The notes under the pieces: generated by a model
Told to the model about the DNA's origin: nothing
The model's input: the letters and a program-made list of their open reading frames with translations, nothing else
Database searches by the model: none
Translations under genes and position numbers: made by a program
Source: Camelus dromedarius
Lineage: Eukaryota
DNA length: 64,000 nucleotides
Direction: 5' to 3'
Assembly: GCF_036321535.1 (NCBI RefSeq)
Contig: NC_087437.1
Coordinates: 111,106,001-111,170,000 of the forward strand
Part shown: positions 26,345-39,729 of the stretch, one piece after another
Position numbering within the stretch: the stretch's first letter is position 1
Layout: every line of letters starts with the position of its first letter

Positions 26345-29130
26345 TGATGTTGAGCATTTTTTCATATGCATATTGGCCCTTTATACGTGATCATGTCTTG
26401 TGAGAAGGAAGTTTTATTTTTTCCAGCCACTGTGTATGTCTTTTACTTACTTTTCCTGTCTGCACTGACTAGCCCTCCAGCGCAATGTTAAATAAAACAA
26501 GCGAAAGGTGGACATCTTTATCCTGTGTCCTACCCCAGGGGTAAACATTCTTTCACCATGACTTACATCGTTAGCTGTAGATTTTTCGTAGACGCCCTGT
26601 AACAGGTTGAAGTTCCTTTCTATTAATTTCGTGAGAGTTTAAAAAAAAAATTCTTTTAAATCATGGGTAGGTGTCGTATTTTGTCAGATGCTGTGTCTGT
26701 GTCTATTGAGAGGCTCATATGGTTTTTCTATTTTATTCTGTTTTAGTGGATAAATTAAATTACATTGATTGGTTTTTGAATGTTAAACCAATCTGGCATT
26801 CCTGAATACACCCCACAGGACATGGGGTGTTACTCTTTTTATGCATTGCTGGATTCAATTTGCAAATATTCTGTCAAGACCACTTCCTTCTATGTTTATA
26901 AGTGATATTGGTTTGTAGTTTTTTTTTTTTTTCTTGTAATGGTTTTGGTGTCTGAGTACTCTTTCCTCATCAAATGATCTGAGAAGTGTTTCCTTCCTTC
27001 TCTGTTTTCTGAGTTTGTATAGAACTGATATTATTTCTTCCTTAAGATTTTGTTAGAATTCACCCGTGTAACCATCTGGGTCTAAAGTTTTCTTTTGGGG
27101 AGGTTTTTTTTAGTTACTAATTCAGTTTTATTTAAAGGTTGATGATTTATTGGCATAAAGTTTTTCATGATTTTCTCTCATTATCCTTTTAATATCTGTG
27201 ATATCTCTTCTTTCAATCCTGATGTTGGTAATTTGAATGTTCTTAGAATTTTCTTGTTCAGTGTAGTTAGAGATTTATCTATTTTGTTGATCTTTTCAAA
27301 GAAACAGGTTTTGGTTTCATTGATTAGCTTTATTGTTTGTGTACTTTCTAGTTCATTGATTTTTCACTCCTATCTTTATTAATCTCTTTATTCTGCTTGC
27401 TTTGTATTTAATTTGCGCTTCCTTTTCTGATTTTTTAAAGTAGGAGCTTACATCATTGATTTGAGACGTTTTCTTTTGTGGTATAAGCACTTAAAACTTT
27501 AAATTTCCCTCTCAAAATTAAAAAAAATTTTTTTAACTTAATTTTAATTTTTTTTGAGGCTGAGGTAATTTGATTTATCTATTTGTTTATTACTTCTGCT
27601 GAAGGTACCAGGGATTGAACCCATGACCTCATGCATGCTGGTCATGCTCTCTGCCACTGAGCTATACCCTCCCCTTGTCCCTCTCAAAATTTTGTTGTGT
27701 TGTGTCTCCATTTCCACTTAGTTCAAAGTATTTTGTAATTTCTCTTGTGGTTTCTTTTTTATCCATGAGTTATTTAGAAATGCACTGTTTAAATTCCAAA
27801 TATTTGGGAATTTCTCAAGTATCTTTCTGGTATTGATTTAGAATTTAATTACACTGTAGGCAGAGATTATACTTTGTTTGATTTCAATCCTTTTAAATTT
27901 GTTGAGACTGAAATCTATTTTGTCAGTTACTGATACAGCCACTCTAGCTTTCTTATGATTAGTATTTTCATGATATATTTTTTCATCCTTTTTCTTTTAA
28001 CTTGCGTCCTCTCCAATCCTCCAATATTGCTGTCCCATATTTTACTTCTACATATGTCCACAATACATTAGTATTGTTTTTGCTTTAGGCAGTCATTTTT
28101 CTTTCAAAGACTTTAAAAACCAAGATAATGCTTTTTATATTTCCCACATATTTAACATTTCCAGTGCTCTTCATTCCTTTGTATAGATCCAAGTTTCCAT
28201 CTGGTGTCAATTTCTTTCTCCCTGCAGAAGTTCCTTTAATAATTTTTTTAGTGCATGTCTGCTGTCACTGAAATCTCTCTGCTTTTGTTTATCTGAAAAA
28301 ATTCTATACTTCATCTTTAGTTTTGAAAGATATTTTTCAGTAGGTATAAAATACTACATTTCAGGGTTCCCCAACCCCCAGCACTTTATACATGTTCTCC
28401 CATTGTTTTCTGGTGTGCATAGTTCCTCATAAGAAGTCTTCAATAATTCTTGTATTTGTTCCTCTGTCAGTAATTTGCCTTTTGTCCATTGTCTGAAAAT
28501 TGTTGTTTCCTATATATTTTCCAGTTTTCAAAATTTATGTTATGGTAGAAGGGTAATTCTGAACCTTTGTTACTACTTCATCACTAGAAGCAGAAGTTTC
28601 TAGAAGCTTTTAATTTTTATGGAGTAAAATTTATTAATTCTTCCTTTCATATTTAAATCCTTTTTGTACTCTGGCTAAGAAATCTTTGCATGTCTAAGGT
28701 CATGAAGATATCTGCTATGATTTCTTCTATAAGCTCTATGATTTTAATGTTCATATTAGGTCTCTGGTCCATCTCATGTTAACTTTTGTGTATGTGTGAG
28801 ATAGGGTTCAAGTTTCATTTTTTAAAATGTTGTTCCATCCTCATTTATTGAATAGCCTTCTTCCCCTCACTGAATTGCATTGACATCTTTGTGAATAAAT
28901 GGCTGCATATGTATTTATGAGCTAACTTATTATTTTGTTCCTTTGGTTGCTAATACCATTGTATCTTGATTACTATAGTTTATGGTTGAAATAAATGTAA
29001 GTCCTTTAACTTTGTTGTTCTTCAGGGTTATCTTGGTACTCTAGTTCTTCTGCATTTCCATATATATTTTAGCTAAAGCTCATCAATTTGGAGAAGGAGT
29101 AAGCTCTACTGGTATTTTGATTGAAATGTT
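26345..29130 (-). mobile_element. Old L1M fragments (ORF2-derived, T-rich)
   Basis: tgctggattcaatttgcaaatatt, ccatctgggtctaaagttttc, attttgttgatcttttcaaagaaacagg. Multiple deletions. Confidence 0.8.
27520..27677 (-). mobile_element. vic-1-like SINE with 14-bp TSD, nested in L1
   Basis: TSD tccctctcaaaatt at 27506-27519 and 27678-27691. Confidence 0.9.
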
Positions 29131-30187
29131 TGATTCTCAGTTAATATTCATGACCACAAATCTGAAGTGAACCCACTGCGAAATCCAGCACTCACACTAC
29201 ATTTCCTTTGTGAAGAAAGGAACTTATCCACACAGTTCTTCTTAGCTCTTATTTACCAGAACTGAGCCATATGTTCATCCCTAAACAAATGAAAAAAAGA
29301 ATGAGATTCCCTATTTAAAACCAATCGAGCTTCATTCACTAGGGCTAGAATGTGGGTGACTTTCTTCATATTAAGAGATGTTTGCCTACTATTTAAACAA
29401 ATAAATTCTATTAGCAAGATAGAAGGGGGAGGAGGGAGCTAAACTGTGGCTGCTGAGTGGACAACAAAGATTAACTGTTGTCCAAACAAAACACACCCCC
29501 TGTGTGAGTGTATGTTGTATGATTGTATACACATTCAGAAAATATGGAAGGATATATACCCAGTTGCTGGTACATGCTACATCACAGTAGGGTAAGGGGC
29601 CCTAATGTGGATGAAGGCAGGAGAGGAGGCAAGAAAAAAAAGTGCCCTAAAAATACATGGATCACATGTATGCATTTACATCAAATTCTGTACATTTGTG
29701 AATACATAAATCAATTAGAAGATTTTTAAAAAGTCATCTTTTGAGGCAAAATAGCAGCAGCATGGCTGAGTATCTGTATTCAAGCAAAAGACAAATAAGT
29801 GAAGGATGAGTGAATGATTAAATAAATGTCTGTAAGCAACCACAGTAGATGTTCCCTCTAAATGAACAAATAAAAACAAATCAGTAAACAGCCAAAATAG
29901 ATGTCTTATTGTCCACATATTAAAAAGGTACATGCCACCAACCAGACAGTTACTCAGCCCTCACTCCTAGTACAGTTATCCACCAAATCTAACAGCTTGA
30001 ATCTTTGATTTTTAAGTCCAAACACATTAAAGGTAGCAAAATAGGGAAGGAGGCTGCTGGAGCTAGGCTAACTGGGGCAACAAGAAGTGGCTGCTGAGAG
30101 GCTGGCAGTTAGGAAAGAGAAAAATCTGTAGAAAGCAGACACAAGAACTCATCAAGGCAAAGGGGAGGTGTGTCAGGGCCATTCATT

Positions 30188-30297
30188 TCATTTTAATTTT
30201 TTTTAATGGAGATACTGGAGATTGAACCCAGGACTTCATGCATGCTAATCATGCACTCCACCACTGAGCTATACCCCCCACCCCCACTTCCACTCCA
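30188..30297 (-). mobile_element. vic-1-like SINE
   Basis: ggagattgaacccaggacttcatgcatgctaatcatgcactccaccactgagctataccc. Confidence 0.85.
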
Positions 30298-30744
30298 GCC
30301 CGTTCATTCTAAAGGAAACTAGTTCTGGGCCCCTCCAGTAGCATCTGTTTTACAGCAAGTCACAATAAGGCTGCTGTGTGGTCAGAGCCCAGGTGACAAG
30401 GAAATTGAAGGCGTGAGCCACTTCTTTGCTTAAGAAAGCAAGACAGCCTCTGATAAAATGGAGGGCGATGGCTATGTCTTTTTTTGAGAAAGGAACTAGA
30501 GCCAGTTCATCCTGTGACTTTAAAGGCACAGCCTTCATGTCTCTACTGGATGGGCCAGCTGGAGCCCGCAGCCATCTCTAGCTCAACGCATTTGAAACAT
30601 TTCCTGCCTCATTTTCAGTGAAGGTGCCAGTTTGTCATCAGCTACAAAACTGATTGTGAGGCTAATTCGCATTTTCAAGGGAAATGTCTGAGAAAGTGTT
30701 GCACAACTCATCCCCACTTTGAGATAATACAAGTGGTAAGGGTA

Positions 30745-31494
30745 ACTCTCCTACACTGTTGGTGAGAATGTATTTTAGTGCAGCTATTATGGAGAACAGT
30801 ATGGCGATTCCTCAAAAAACTAAAAATAGACTTACCCTGTGATCCAGCAATCCCTCTCCTGGGCATATATCCAGAGGGAACTTTAATTCGAAAAGATACA
30901 TGCACCCCAATGTTCATAGCAGCACTATTTACAATAACCAAGACATGGAAACAACCTAAATGTCCACCGACAGATGACTGGGTAAAGAAATTGTGGTATA
31001 TTTATACAATGGAATACTACTCAGGCATAAAAGAGAATAAAATAATACCATTTGCAGCAACATGGATGAAACTGGAGATTGTCATTCTAAGTGAAGTAAG
31101 CCAGAAAGAGAAAGGAAAATACCACATGATGTCACTTACATGTGGAATCTTTGAAACAAACAAACGAAAAAGACAAATGTACTTATTTACTAAACAGAAA
31201 CAGACTCACAGACCTAGAAAACAAACTTATGGTTACCAGAAGGGGAAAGGAGATGGGAAGGGATAAATTGGGAGTTTGAGATTTGCAGATACTGACTACT
31301 ATATATAAAATAGATAAACAACTAGTTGCTTCAGTATAGCATGGGGAACTATATTCAATATCTTGTAGTAACATATAATGGGAAAGAATATGGAAACGAA
31401 TACATGTATATATATGTATGACTGAAACATTGTGCTGTACACCAGAAATTGACACAACATAGTAAACTGACTATACTTCAATCAAAAAAAAAAA
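30745..31494 (+). mobile_element. Relatively young 5'-truncated L1 with TSD
   Basis: Open ORF2 C-terminus ([24 protein letters not shown]...[18 protein letters not shown]), poly-A tail, TSD aagtggtaagggta (30731-30744) / aagtggtcagggta (31495-31508). Confidence 0.95.
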
Positions 31495-31627
31495 AAGTGG
31501 TCAGGGTACAAAGAGATGGGAATCGGTGTAAGGAGATTGGTAATAAGAAAGTGGCTGTCTTTCTTCAGCTGCCACCCCACCTATTTGGGACATGAAATGA
31601 GAGGTGGAGGAAATGTTACCTCTGACC

Positions 31628-31855
31628 CCGGGGTTGGCAGACTTTCTGCCTGCAGGCCAAATCTGGTCACCACCTCTTCATAAATAAAGTTTTATTGAGA
31701 CACAGCCATGCTGATTGGTTTACATATTGTCTATATTGTCTATATATTGTGTTTCAAGCTATAATGCAGAGTTGAGTGGTTACCACAGAGACCTAGAGCC
31801 CACAAACCCTAAAATACACTACCTGGCTCTCTTCAGAAAAAGTTGGCTGACCCTT
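31628..31855. mobile_element. MER58A-like hAT-Charlie MITE
   Basis: ggggttggcagact...ggccaaatctgg...aataaagttttattgagacacagccatgc...aaaaagttggctgaccc. Confidence 0.8.
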
Positions 31856-31918
31856 ATTCTAACCTCATGCCTCATGAATATCATGATCCTCAGGGATCAC
31901 TGGAAGAGTTTTGAAATG

Positions 31919-32767
31919 TGTTCTGTGGAGGCAGGAGACAGATATAAACTATGTCTAAGGCAACTAAGGTAGCCCAAAGGCTGAGGTCTGACTCCCACAA
32001 AATCCCAAGGGTGAGCAAAGGACTGAATACCTTTTCTAGTGGGAGAACGAGTGCCATGACACCTGGATCCAGGGTGGGTAGGGGAAGTGACTGAGGATTG
32101 AGTGGGAGACAGAAAGCAGTGATGCAGTTTGTTTTGGGTCTTATTGGATAAGACACCTGGGGACCTCAGCAGAAAGAGGCTGGGGTTGACCAGGAATTGC
32201 ATGCCCAGGGATGAAAGAGGGAATTGCAAGAGACCAGACAGAATAGGTACATCTCTGTGGTCAAAGGAAGAGAGGGAGAAAAGGATCCTGGAAGGAACCT
32301 CTAAAGAGCCCACCAGAGCACCCATGAGCGAGAGCCAGCACTCACCATCTGTCGGCTCTGACACTCAGCATGAAGCCATCAGCCAAATCAGAACTGGTCT
32401 AGACCCTTCTTCTCCTCTTTCCCCACTCCTGCTTCAGCCTGGTGGCCCCACACCAACACCTGGCAAGCTAGAGAGGACGTGGACAAAGGAGAGGAGGAGT
32501 AGAAGCTTCTAGTCAAGAAGTCGGGGAAGGGCAAAGATTTAACACTGTCAGGTTGAGTTTTCTGACACTCTAATAAATTGAAACTGTGACTTAGTGTGAC
32601 TCATTTATGACCTGGAAACTAGTAGAAAAGCTGTGGGATCTGCTAGAGTTTCATCCAGGCTCATGAGGAGATTACTTCCACTGAACAGAGCTTGAAGGTG
32701 GTGAGGGGAACTAGAATGAAGATTTTGTTCGTGGCGTGACCCATGCTTGTTCAATGTAGTGAATACA
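31919..32767 (+). mobile_element. Ancient LTR, MamGypLTR-like (Gypsy)
   Basis: TG...CA bounded, ~850 bp. The 3' part (aaagctgtgggatctgc...aacagagc...atgcttgttcaat...taca) resembles MamGypLTR consensus as recalled. Confidence 0.5.
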
Positions 32768-32999
32768 ATAACTAATATTTATGGAGCTCTCATGTGTGCC
32801 AGACACCACGCCAGGTACTTCTCATGCGTGAGCACATTTCATCCTCCCATCAGGTCTTGACTGTTAAGCCAGCTTCATGGGTGGGGGACTGAGACAAAGG
32901 GAAAAGAAGCTATGATCCACAGCCTCATAGCTAGTAAGTGGCAGAGATGAGATTCAAATGCAGGCAGCCAGAGCTCCTGATCACTCCGTGATGCTGCCT

Positions 33000-34700
33000 T
33001 GTGGCATAGCAACCCAAGAGCTGGTTCTCTAAAGGTTTGTTATTTGCTGAGAGGTCTTGACTTTTCCTGGAACCACAGGGTCATCCATTTGGTTCTCCTA
33101 TCAGGGCCCACCACAGACTCTGTTGCATCCCAATTGGCCAGAGACATGCTAGGCCTCACTGGATCAGCTGGATCCCAGTTGCTAAGGGGCAGTTGCTGGC
33201 ACTACAGCCTGGACCTGCTCTGGACCTTCTCATTCTAAAGCTGAGAGCCAGTTGTGTCACCCATGGAGTCAGATGGCACAACCGGTGTATTAATCAAGTC
33301 TGAAGCCCTGTATAGGCCCACTATATGACTGTATGATTCCTAGTCATAGAGCTTGCAAGGTATAACAACTTACTTGTCATTTTGGAAAGAGAGCCCAACA
33401 TGCTCTCCATTATCGGAGCCCTTTCCCCCACCTCTGCCCCAAACCCACCGCCCCAAATCTGATGTAGTTTTGTGAGACTTGTCTTCCATCCTTTGATGCG
33501 AGTTGTCTCACCTAGTCATCCTGGGTGTCTGCTACTTCAGCTCCCTGGATTCTGTCAACTTGGTTTCCTTTGGACGATTGGGGTTCCTGCACACCAAACT
33601 GTGGCACAGGATCAGAGAAGTAACATAATACGAAGAGGTAAGATGATAAAGGTGTACTGTTGTCCTTGCCAGGTAAAACAGACAAACAAACACTTGCTTC
33701 TGGTGTTCTCTGTTGGGATAGAGAAAACATGCTTTTGGCAAGTCCACAGATGCATACTAAATGCCTGGGTGTTTGTATATTTGCTTTTGTAAAATAAAGG
33801 CTGTAGGAACAGCAGATGTAACTGATTAAGATTATAATAATCTATTGTCATTCCCCAAGACCCATATGGTTTTCTTTACTGGCCAAACCAGAGAGTTAAA
33901 TGGGAATGTGGTAGCAATCATCACCTGTGGGTCTTTGAGGCCTTTTAATCTCCGAAATTCTCCTAGGGTTGTGTTATCGGTTGTGGTGTGCTGTTTTATG
34001 TATAAACTCCATGAGTTTGCACTTGGCCATTCCTATCATAATGGCCCTTACTTCATGGACTAGAGAGCCAACGTTGAGATTTGCTGTTTGTTGTATGTGT
34101 TGATTCATTTCATACCTTTGTAAGCTAAGGAAATAAACACAGATTTGGGGGGCTCTTTGAGCCTAGACAAACTTAAGTCAAAATTCAATTTATTACCTTA
34201 CTCCCCATAAATCTCTCTGACTGGTAGACAATGGTGGCATTCTGGTTCCAGAGGAATTAGCATTAGTAATGGATCCAGTTTCCAATAATCCTCTGAAGAT
34301 CTAGGTATGTCCCCTTCTCTAGTACACACTTATCCTGATTAATGATGGTAACTGTTTTAGAGGACGATAAGGATGAGGATTTTCAATACGTGTTTGTGAT
34401 CTTACTGTGTTTGTTCTCCATCAGGAGTTCCTGGCCTTTCCTTCATTCAAGAGGCTCTGGGTCTGTGAACGAATTCAAGTCTAGGGTTTGACACTCTCTG
34501 TTGAAACGTTTCATACTGTGACTCTGGTTATCAGACACTTTAGTGGGCTTTTTATGAGTTTGGTCCTGGAAATTTCATGGTCAATTCGCCGTGGTGAGAG
34601 ATCCCTGCCAGGCAGACTGTTCCGATTCTACCCTGACTCTGCTTCCTTGGGTCAGTTGCTCCTGGTTCACTCCCTGGGGGTGACGTAAGGCAGGGGAGGT
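33000..34700 (-). mobile_element. Decayed ERVL-class internal (pol) sequence
   Basis: Frameshifted RT motifs MTIDYYNLNQ, VFSIP, REHQKQ and FTWQGQQYTFIILP, resembling ERVL TVDYRKLNQ...FFSIP...HQKQFAFSWQGQQYTFTVLP. Boundaries are approximate. Confidence 0.75.
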
Positions 34701-34999
34701 GTCCAGTTGACCAAGTTTCAGCCACTGGCCCACACCTAGCTACAAAAGCACCTGGGGAGGGGTAAATCTATCTTTCAGTTTCAATCATGGGGATTAGAGT
34801 CTGCCTTCTACCAGGACTTACAATCTGGGGAAATAAATCCAGATTCTTATCCTAAGCATATGAAGGAGGTTCAGGGGCTACTCAGCCAAAAACAATGACA
34901 GATGCTTTCCCTGATCTACTTCACCCCTCTACTGTCAAACAACTATGAAGTTTAGATTAATCTCAACTCCAAGGCTAGCCCATGCTTTATCCAGGACAA

Positions 35000-35445
35000 G
35001 TTTAATAATGTCATCGCCCTTGTTAGTGATTTGTTCAGAAATGCAGACCTAAGCCAGCTCCACAGGATGTTCCTCTGACCTCAAAGGTTCGTTCAGGAAT
35101 AGGTATCTGACACATTTTAGTCTAATGAGATGCAAGAGGATGTGTCGGGGAGATTCTGGGGGAAATTTCTCATGTTCCAGAGAATGACAGAAAGAAAGTA
35201 GCATCTTCTGTACGTGATGCCTGCAACCATCTTGATACCAGCTTGAGAATGAAGTTGCCATTAGATGGTGAGCAGAACCAGGAGACTCCTAGAAAAGCGG
35301 AGCTAGATCTGCTGGATTAAACCAACCCTGAAGCCTGCTCTACTTCTGGGCTTGGAATTAGGAAAGCCAATACATTTCCTTATTGTTGAAGCCAATTTAA
35401 ATTGGGTTTTCTGTTATTGGTGATTGAAAATATCCTAACTGACTC
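35000..35445. mobile_element. MLT1 (I/J/K-like) LTR
   Basis: caaccatcttg...accaaccctgaagcctgctctacttctgg...gccaatacatttccttattgttgaagcc...ggttttctgtta. Confidence 0.7.
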
Positions 35446-36149
35446 AATATAGGATCTTCTGTGTTTATAGCTCCTAATGGCATCCCCCAGAACTGTTATT
35501 CCTTTATAATAATTACTACTGTCCTGCAGGATGGGAGTGACTGGAATCTGGACTAAGACGGCACTGTAACAAATGTGAGTATTGTCGTGAAAGGAAATAA
35601 ATATTGATTAAGTTAAAGAATGATTGAAATGTATAGTTTTATAATAAGAGATACACTTTAGTTGCCAAACATTTTAAGTATATTGATAATTCAATTCTAA
35701 GTAATAGAAATAAATGAGACACTATTAAGCATTTAGGAAAGACTTATACAAGTAAAATAATAAACCTACTTAGGCCTCACTGCACCATTTCCCTCACATT
35801 GAGCTTCTTTATTATTGTAAAGCCTCGGAAAGAGTCCAGGGAACTGGTTTTTAATATAACCTTAGGCAGATGAATTTGATTCTCTGAATCCTAGATTTCT
35901 AGCCTGCAAAACAATTGTTGTTAGTATCAAATTAATTCATATATATGAAAATCATTATGGAGCTGAGGGCAGTGTAGTGGCAGGTTTTGTTTATCTGAAT
36001 TCCACAAGGATGAGGTGGTCACACTGATCATGAATTTTAGTTCTAGTATCAATCCTGCATTTCTTATTTTGATTGTTCTTTTTCATATTTGAAAAAATAA
36101 CAAGTCCATTGGGGTGTATCTCCCAGTGCTTCATAATTGGTATTGTGTG

Positions 36150-36150
<1 letters not shown>

Positions 36151-36210
<60 letters not shown>
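36151..36210. repeat. Compound (CA)n(TA)n microsatellite
   Basis: Direct reading. Confidence 0.95.
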
Positions 36211-36861
36211 GTTAGATAACTGAGTACTGATATTAGCTAACATTTTGTGGGAGCAGACAGACGTAATGAACCGCTTTCAAATGCATAATCACATTTGATA
36301 GATGCAGGGATTCTGTGCAGTCAAGAGGGAGGGCAGTACTGTGATGACAACTTTCCAAAGTTCTTAGAGAGGAGTGCGTACCAGCTAGTTGTGTTGTCTA
36401 TATAGTTAGTTGTGGAAGGAGAATTGTAATTCGGTCTTCTGATAACATTTCTATGAGAGTCTCTCCTAATTTGATTTTCTTGTCTTCCATGATTACTACC
36501 TTTTTGATGTTGGGCAGGTGACAGCTTTTTCGCATCTTAGTTTTCTTACCTGTAAGATGGGGATAATAATGGTGGTCTGTGATAGGGTTGTTCTGGGAAT
36601 TAAATGAGCTAAAATTTATGAAGTATTTGGACCAGAGCCTGGAACTTTAGTAAGCATTATGTAGGCATTTGTTAAATAATCAATAAACCAGCTTTTTTCT
36701 TCCCTCGTTACTCCCATCATCCCCACCGTTAATTCTCACTTTCAAGTATTTCTCCTCAAATACCAGTGTCATTTTGATCTGGCTTGTCTTCACCTACTAT
36801 GCGTGAAAGAATGTTTTAAGTGAAAGAGCATTCTTTGTTACTTTTTGTGCAGTGTTCTAGA

Positions 36862-37060
36862 CTGGGGTGGGCATACTGCGGGCCAAATGTGGCCCACCGC
36901 CTGTTTTTAGAATTAAAGTTTTATTGGAACACAGTCACGCCCCTTCATTTGCATATCACCTATGACTGCTTTCATGCTACAACGGCAGGGTTGTGTCATT
37001 ATAGCGGAGAATATATGGCCTGCAAAACCTGACTCTTAACACAAAATGCTTGCTGACTTA
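36862..37060. mobile_element. MER58A-like hAT-Charlie MITE
   Basis: gcgggccaaatgtggcccaccgcctgttttt...taaagttttattggaacacagtcacgccc...ctgctttcatgctacaacggcag. Confidence 0.8.
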
Positions 37061-39512
37061 TTTTAGATACATCTTTTTAAGTTTTAAGGTCTTTAAGAGA
37101 GAGGAAATCTCAAATTTTTAAATTCAAAAATTTCAAAAAAGTTAAATATTTCCCTCTTACTTCTATTGGATTACAAATATAAATGATTCCTATAAAACTG
37201 TTCTTCTACCTTTCCTATATCACAGATAAGGGGCGATTATTATTGTTATTCTTATTCTGTTATTATTACATCAAGTGCAGATTGTCATTGCCTAGCCTAC
37301 GCCTGCCAAGAAGTTGTGGATTTGGCTCTTCTGTGTTTGAGGAGGCTCATTTCCCTCCTCAAACATGTCTTATGATCTAAGGCACTCCTTTGAGATCAAA
37401 GGAGTGATTCATCTCCCCCTGAGATCAGATCAAAGCAGAGTAGGGGCCTACGTCTTATGCTGTCCCCACCCCCCCATCTCACTGACACTTCCTGGACCAG
37501 AGCAGTTCCCAAGTTTGATCCCCAGTTATAACAGCTAGCTTTCCACTCTTTCATGATTGCCTGTCACCCTCTTACTCTTGGATATTCGTCTTCTACATCT
37601 GTGCTTGTAAGAGATTCAAGGAGAAGAATTTGGATAGAGTCTGCTTTCCACGAGGATTTATAATCTGGGGAAATAAATCCAGATTCTTACCCCAACCATA
37701 AGAGGGAGATTCAGAGGATACTCAGCCAAAAACAATGACAAATGCTTTCCTTGATCCATTTCACACCTGGAAAAATAGTTTAGGGTACATGACACGTGTC
37801 TCCTGCATAAACAGACCGAGCTTAAGTGCCTGACGTGTGGCTATATCATTTTTTAATGTCCTGATGTTTTATGTTTTAAAATGATCTATGACTTAGTGGC
37901 TGCGTGAGAGTTATCTCACATCTAGTTCCTTCAGTGGAATTGCTTTTCACAGATCATTTTCGTCAATTTGTCTTTAAATTGTCTTAAAATTATCCCAGTA
38001 TTCTTCTGTAATACCTGCCACTCTAAGAATCTGTCTCCCCTAGACATAATTCCTGTCACTCTATAATGCAATGACATTGCATCATTAATCTTTAATGTAT
38101 GTTACTGTTCAGATTGACAGATTTTGTACTTATTATCTATGACATTTCCATTGACTTCTTTTTGCAAAGTGACATTATTGCCATCCCAGCCTGGGTAAAA
38201 TTTAATACCCGATCTTCCCTCCATTCATTTATCAGAATCATAACTCCCTCTTTCTTTTCCCTCCCCCTACACAAAGTATAAATTCAAAGATTTTTCTTTT
38301 TCTTTTACTTCCTTGGATATTTTTCTCTATTACTTTGATAAGGAAATATTATTATCTAAAGGGCAGTAGCTTTCCCAATCCCTGTCTACGTTCTGATTTA
38401 TTAAGATAGTTCATGGGCTTTTTATACGAAATTCCTAAGGAAGTCTCCAAATATATTGCTAATGACAAAGGACCATTGTTTTATTATTTCCTTATACACA
38501 TTATTTATAATGCTCTCACTAGAAATAAATTGTTTCTTAGGTGTCTCTATGTGATGCTTAATCTTTATGAAAATATAAAATTTAAAGTCTATTAAAAATA
38601 CTATAATATATATTTAATATTCTTGAAAGCATTGATCTTGAAATACTAATGTATTCCTTAATCCAAACACAGTAGAGACACAGATCTGAATAGGGCAGAG
38701 TCCCTGCCTTCATGGACTTTGCAATTTCAAGTGAGAGTTTGAGAAGTTTAGGAAAAAAATTGTAATGTGGGACGTGCTAAGGGAGCTACTGTCATGGGTG
38801 AGTTGTATGGGTTTCCTGGAGCCCATGTGATGGTGTCATCAAGGAGGACTTCCTGGAAGAGGTGAACTGGGTCTTAAAGGGTTTGAGGAAATTCTTCCAG
38901 GGTGAAGGCACAGGTTGTGCAAAAAAAAAGTAATTCTGTTTGGATAATCTCCAGCAGGTCTATATGAATACAAAGTTGAGATTATCTAAATCTACGCTTA
39001 TAAATGTAAGTGCTAAGGGAACAAAACCGAAGTGTTATCAGGCTCTCTCTGGGAGATGCAGCAAGGTCTAGAAGCAGATTAGGGGTATGGGAAAGAAGTC
39101 AAGGACCTCTGACATAAGAAACGAATATAGTTGCAGATAAAATAAGTTTTGAGCAATGAATTATAATTACATGGATCATTCTTTAAATAACACTTTATAG
39201 TCCCTATCTAGGGTGCTAACAGAGCAATCATAACTTTTTTTCTTATTTTCTTTCATGGCTCTTACTGAGTAAGACTCAGTGTACAGGTCTATAGACTGAA
39301 GGGAACAAGCTGAGGGGAACAGCTTCCTTTCTGTGTGCTAAGTCTAATTTTAGGAGGCAGCAAAGCAGATAATAAAAACGGATGTTTCTAAGTAGATTGT
39401 GTGTGCATTAGAACTTTCCCCCTGTTTCTGGCCTCAGTAATATCAGAAAAATTGAGCAAATTGGTTCTTTGATGATACTGTTTTTATATCTAAAACATGC
39501 ACATGACAGTCT

Positions 39513-39597
39513 GGGGGATGGTGGGTATAGCTCAGTGGTGGAGCGCATGCTTGGTGTGCACGAGGTCCTGGGTTATCGTCAGTGCCTCCATTAAGGA

Positions 39598-39598
<1 letters not shown>
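39513..39598 (+). mobile_element. vic-1-like SINE head
   Basis: gggtatagctcagtggtggagcgcatgcttggtgtgcacgaggtcctgggtt. Confidence 0.85.

Positions 39599-39673
<75 letters not shown>
39599..39673. repeat. (AC)n perfect microsatellite, about 37 units
   Basis: Direct reading. Confidence 0.97.
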
Positions 39674-39674
<1 letters not shown>

Positions 39675-39729
39675 CATGTTGGTTTCTGGTCTCACCCCCG
39701 GAACCAGGGTTTTGCCTTCAAGATACTAT

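Noticed and set aside
30778..31266. 162-aa ORF
   Set aside because: C-terminus of L1 ORF2 in a 5'-truncated insertion; not a host gene.
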